DNA from: Verrucomicrobiota bacterium
Lineage (GTDB): Bacteria > Verrucomicrobiota > Verrucomicrobiia > Limisphaerales > SXTU01
Assembly (NCBI GenBank): GCA_016235545.1
Contig: JACRKB010000015.1
Span: forward strand, 840-64,839
Length of the DNA stretch: 64,000 nt
Direction of reading: 5' to 3'
The translations under genes were made by a program, and so were the position numbers. The stretch's first letter is position 1; every line of letters begins with the position of its first letter. Shown here piece after piece: positions 62,672-64,000 of this stretch. Under the pieces are notes generated by a model. That model was not told where the DNA came from. It did not search any database and saw only the letters and a list, made by a program, of their open reading frames with translations.

Positions 62672-63676
62672 ATGTCCGCGCCTTCCATTCTCACAACCGT
62701 CGTCGGCAGCTACCCCGTCCCCGCGTGGCTCGCGGCCTTCCCCACCGCCACCGCGCTGCGCGACGCCATCCTCGTCGTGCTCAAGACGCAGGAGCTCGCC
62801 GGCCTCGATGTCATCGCGGACGGCGAGCTGTCGCGCTTCGACGTGAACCACCCCGAGACCAACGGGATGATTGACTACTTCATTCGCCCGATGAGCGGCA
62901 TCCACCCGTCGCTCTCTCGCGAGGAGCTGGCGAAGTTCCGCGCCGCGCAAGGCATGAAGTTCCGCACGAAGCCGGCGGGCGTCGTGCGCGGGGAGATTGG
63001 CGAAGGCAGCTTGAACCTCCCCGCCGCATGGCAGTCCGTGAAAGGGCTCACCACGCGCCCTCTCAAGTTCACGCTCACCTCGCCCTACATGCTCGCCAAG
63101 ACGCTTGTGAACGAGTTTTACCCGGACACACGCGCGCTCACGATGGCGCTGGCCGAGGCGCTGCGCCGGCAGGTCGCGGACATTGACGCCGCCGTTGTGC
63201 AAGTGGACGAGGCGAATCTCCCCGGCCACCCCGAAGATGCCGACTGGGCGCACGAACCAATCAACCATGTGCTCAAAAGCGTGCGCGGCCAGAAGGGCCT
63301 GCACCTCTGCTTCGGCAATTACGGCGGGCAGAGCATCCAAAAGGGCTACTGGCGCAACCTCCTCCCCTTTCTCAACCGCCTCGACGTGGACCATCTCGTC
63401 CTCGAATTTGCCCGGCGCGGCTACGACGAACTCGATGCCTTCCGCGACCTCCGCCCCGGCATCGCCCTCGGACTCGGCGTCGTGGACATCAAGGACAACG
63501 AAGTCGAGACGCCCGACCTCATCGCCACGCGCATCGCCCACGCCGTGAAGACGCTCGGCGCCGGGCGCATCAAGTGGGTCCACCCCGACTGCGGTTTCTG
63601 GATGCTCTCGCGCAGCGTGGCGGACCGGAAAATGGCGGCCCTGGTGGCGGGGAGGGACAAGTGTTTAGGAAGATGA
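62672..63676 (+). CDS. short cobalamin-independent methionine-synthase-like (MetE C-terminal barrel only) methyltransferase
   Basis: ATG 62672, 334 aa. VVGSYPVP N-terminus. Zn-ligand contexts LHLCFGNYGG, LEFARRG, HPDCGFW. Confidence 0.75.
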   Translation: MSAPSILTTVVGSYPVPAWLAAFPTATALRDAILVVLKTQELAGLDVIADGELSRFDVNHPETNGMIDYFIRPMSGIHPSLSREELAKFRAAQGMKFRTKPAGVVRGEIGEGSLNLPAAWQSVKGLTTRPLKFTLTSPYMLAKTLVNEFYPDTRALTMALAEALRRQVADIDAAVVQVDEANLPGHPEDADWAHEPINHVLKSVRGQKGLHLCFGNYGGQSIQKGYWRNLLPFLNRLDVDHLVLEFARRGYDELDAFRDLRPGIALGLGVVDIKDNEVETPDLIATRIAHAVKTLGAGRIKWVHPDCGFWMLSRSVADRKMAALVAGRDKCLGR

Positions 63677-63685
63677 AAACGCGCT

Positions 63686-63768
63686 GCGTGTGACGTGTTG
63701 CGTGTTGCGTGATCTAGTTCGAGCACCACCGGCCTAACTCACGGAACACGGAGCACGCATCACGTCAC
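63686..63768. repeat. heptamer-arm hairpin (GTGTTGC / GGAACAC units)
   Basis: GCGTGTGACGTGTTGCGTGTTGCGTGA versus TCACGGAACACGGAGCACGCATCACGTCAC. Fills the spacer from 10 nt after the upstream stop to 6 nt before the next ATG. Confidence 0.7.
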
Positions 63769-63774
63769 CCCCGC

Positions 63775-64000
63775 ATGAAACCCCGCCTCTACGCATACGC
63801 CGGCTGCGACACCTGCCGTCGCGCGAAGAAATTCCTCGAAGCACGCGGCCTCGCCTTCGACGCCATTCCCATCCGCGAGCAGCCGCCCACGAAGGCCGAG
63901 CTGAAGCGGATGCTGGCGATTTACGAGGGCGACCTCCGCCGACTCTTCAACACCTCCGGCGGCGACTACAAGGCGATGAAGCTCGCCGAGCGCCTGCCCA
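63775..64000 (+). CDS. ArsC/Spx/YffB-family protein (partial, runs off window)
   Basis: My translation: MKPRLYAYAGCDTCRRAKKFLEARGLAFDAIPIREQPPTKAELKRMLAIYEGDLRRLFNTSGGDYKAMKL. CxxC-like CDTC and LFNTSG motifs. Confidence 0.75.
   Translation, partial: MKPRLYAYAGCDTCRRAKKFLEARGLAFDAIPIREQPPTKAELKRMLAIYEGDLRRLFNTSGGDYKAMKLAERLP

Overview
High-GC (about 65% by eye) chromosomal segment. PVC-type CxxCH heme-binding/HEAT proteins, an OmpL-like porin and many structured intergenic repeats suggest a Verrucomicrobia/PVC-group bacterium (inference only). All calls come from reading the ORF track and the sequence; no database search was run. About 50 protein genes are supported. In order: pyrB; a TetR-linked DevBCA/MacAB-TolC-type ABC exporter (1.4-7.0 kb); a Wza/Wzc-type exopolysaccharide locus with GT2/GT4/GT8-like transferases and an acyltransferase (7.2-18.5 kb); an S41 tail-specific protease; a compact GspE/PilB - PilM/N-like - PilO-like - secretin operon (21.0-27.3 kb); a DUF1016/YhcG-type nuclease; deoxyhypusine-synthase-like and Gfo/Idh/MocA enzymes; an IS remnant; a K+ channel; a decayed MsbA-like ABC exporter; moaA. 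A second envelope-polysaccharide module follows at 47-59.4 kb: porin, split PelB-like TPR/beta-barrel pair, PelA-like hydrolase/deacetylase, class IV aminotransferase and a priming phosphoglycosyl transferase. The window ends with rpsU, folP, lipA and a short MetE-like enzyme. I found no rRNA, tRNA, CRISPR array, integrase or recognisable defence island. The most unusual signal is non-coding. Nearly every spacer, including spacers inside operons, holds structured repeats: hairpins whose arms are tandem ~7-nt units, a 30-bp-TIR MITE-like element (2 copies), and two larger repeat families. One hairpin sits in-frame inside a 1048-aa gene. Other leads: a Pel-like export/modification module next to a phosphoglycosyl-transferase-initiated pathway, a pilus-like operon with no platform or pilin genes in the window, palindromic in-frame repeats in the nuclease gene, and a small lipoprotein ORF below the ORF-track cutoff.
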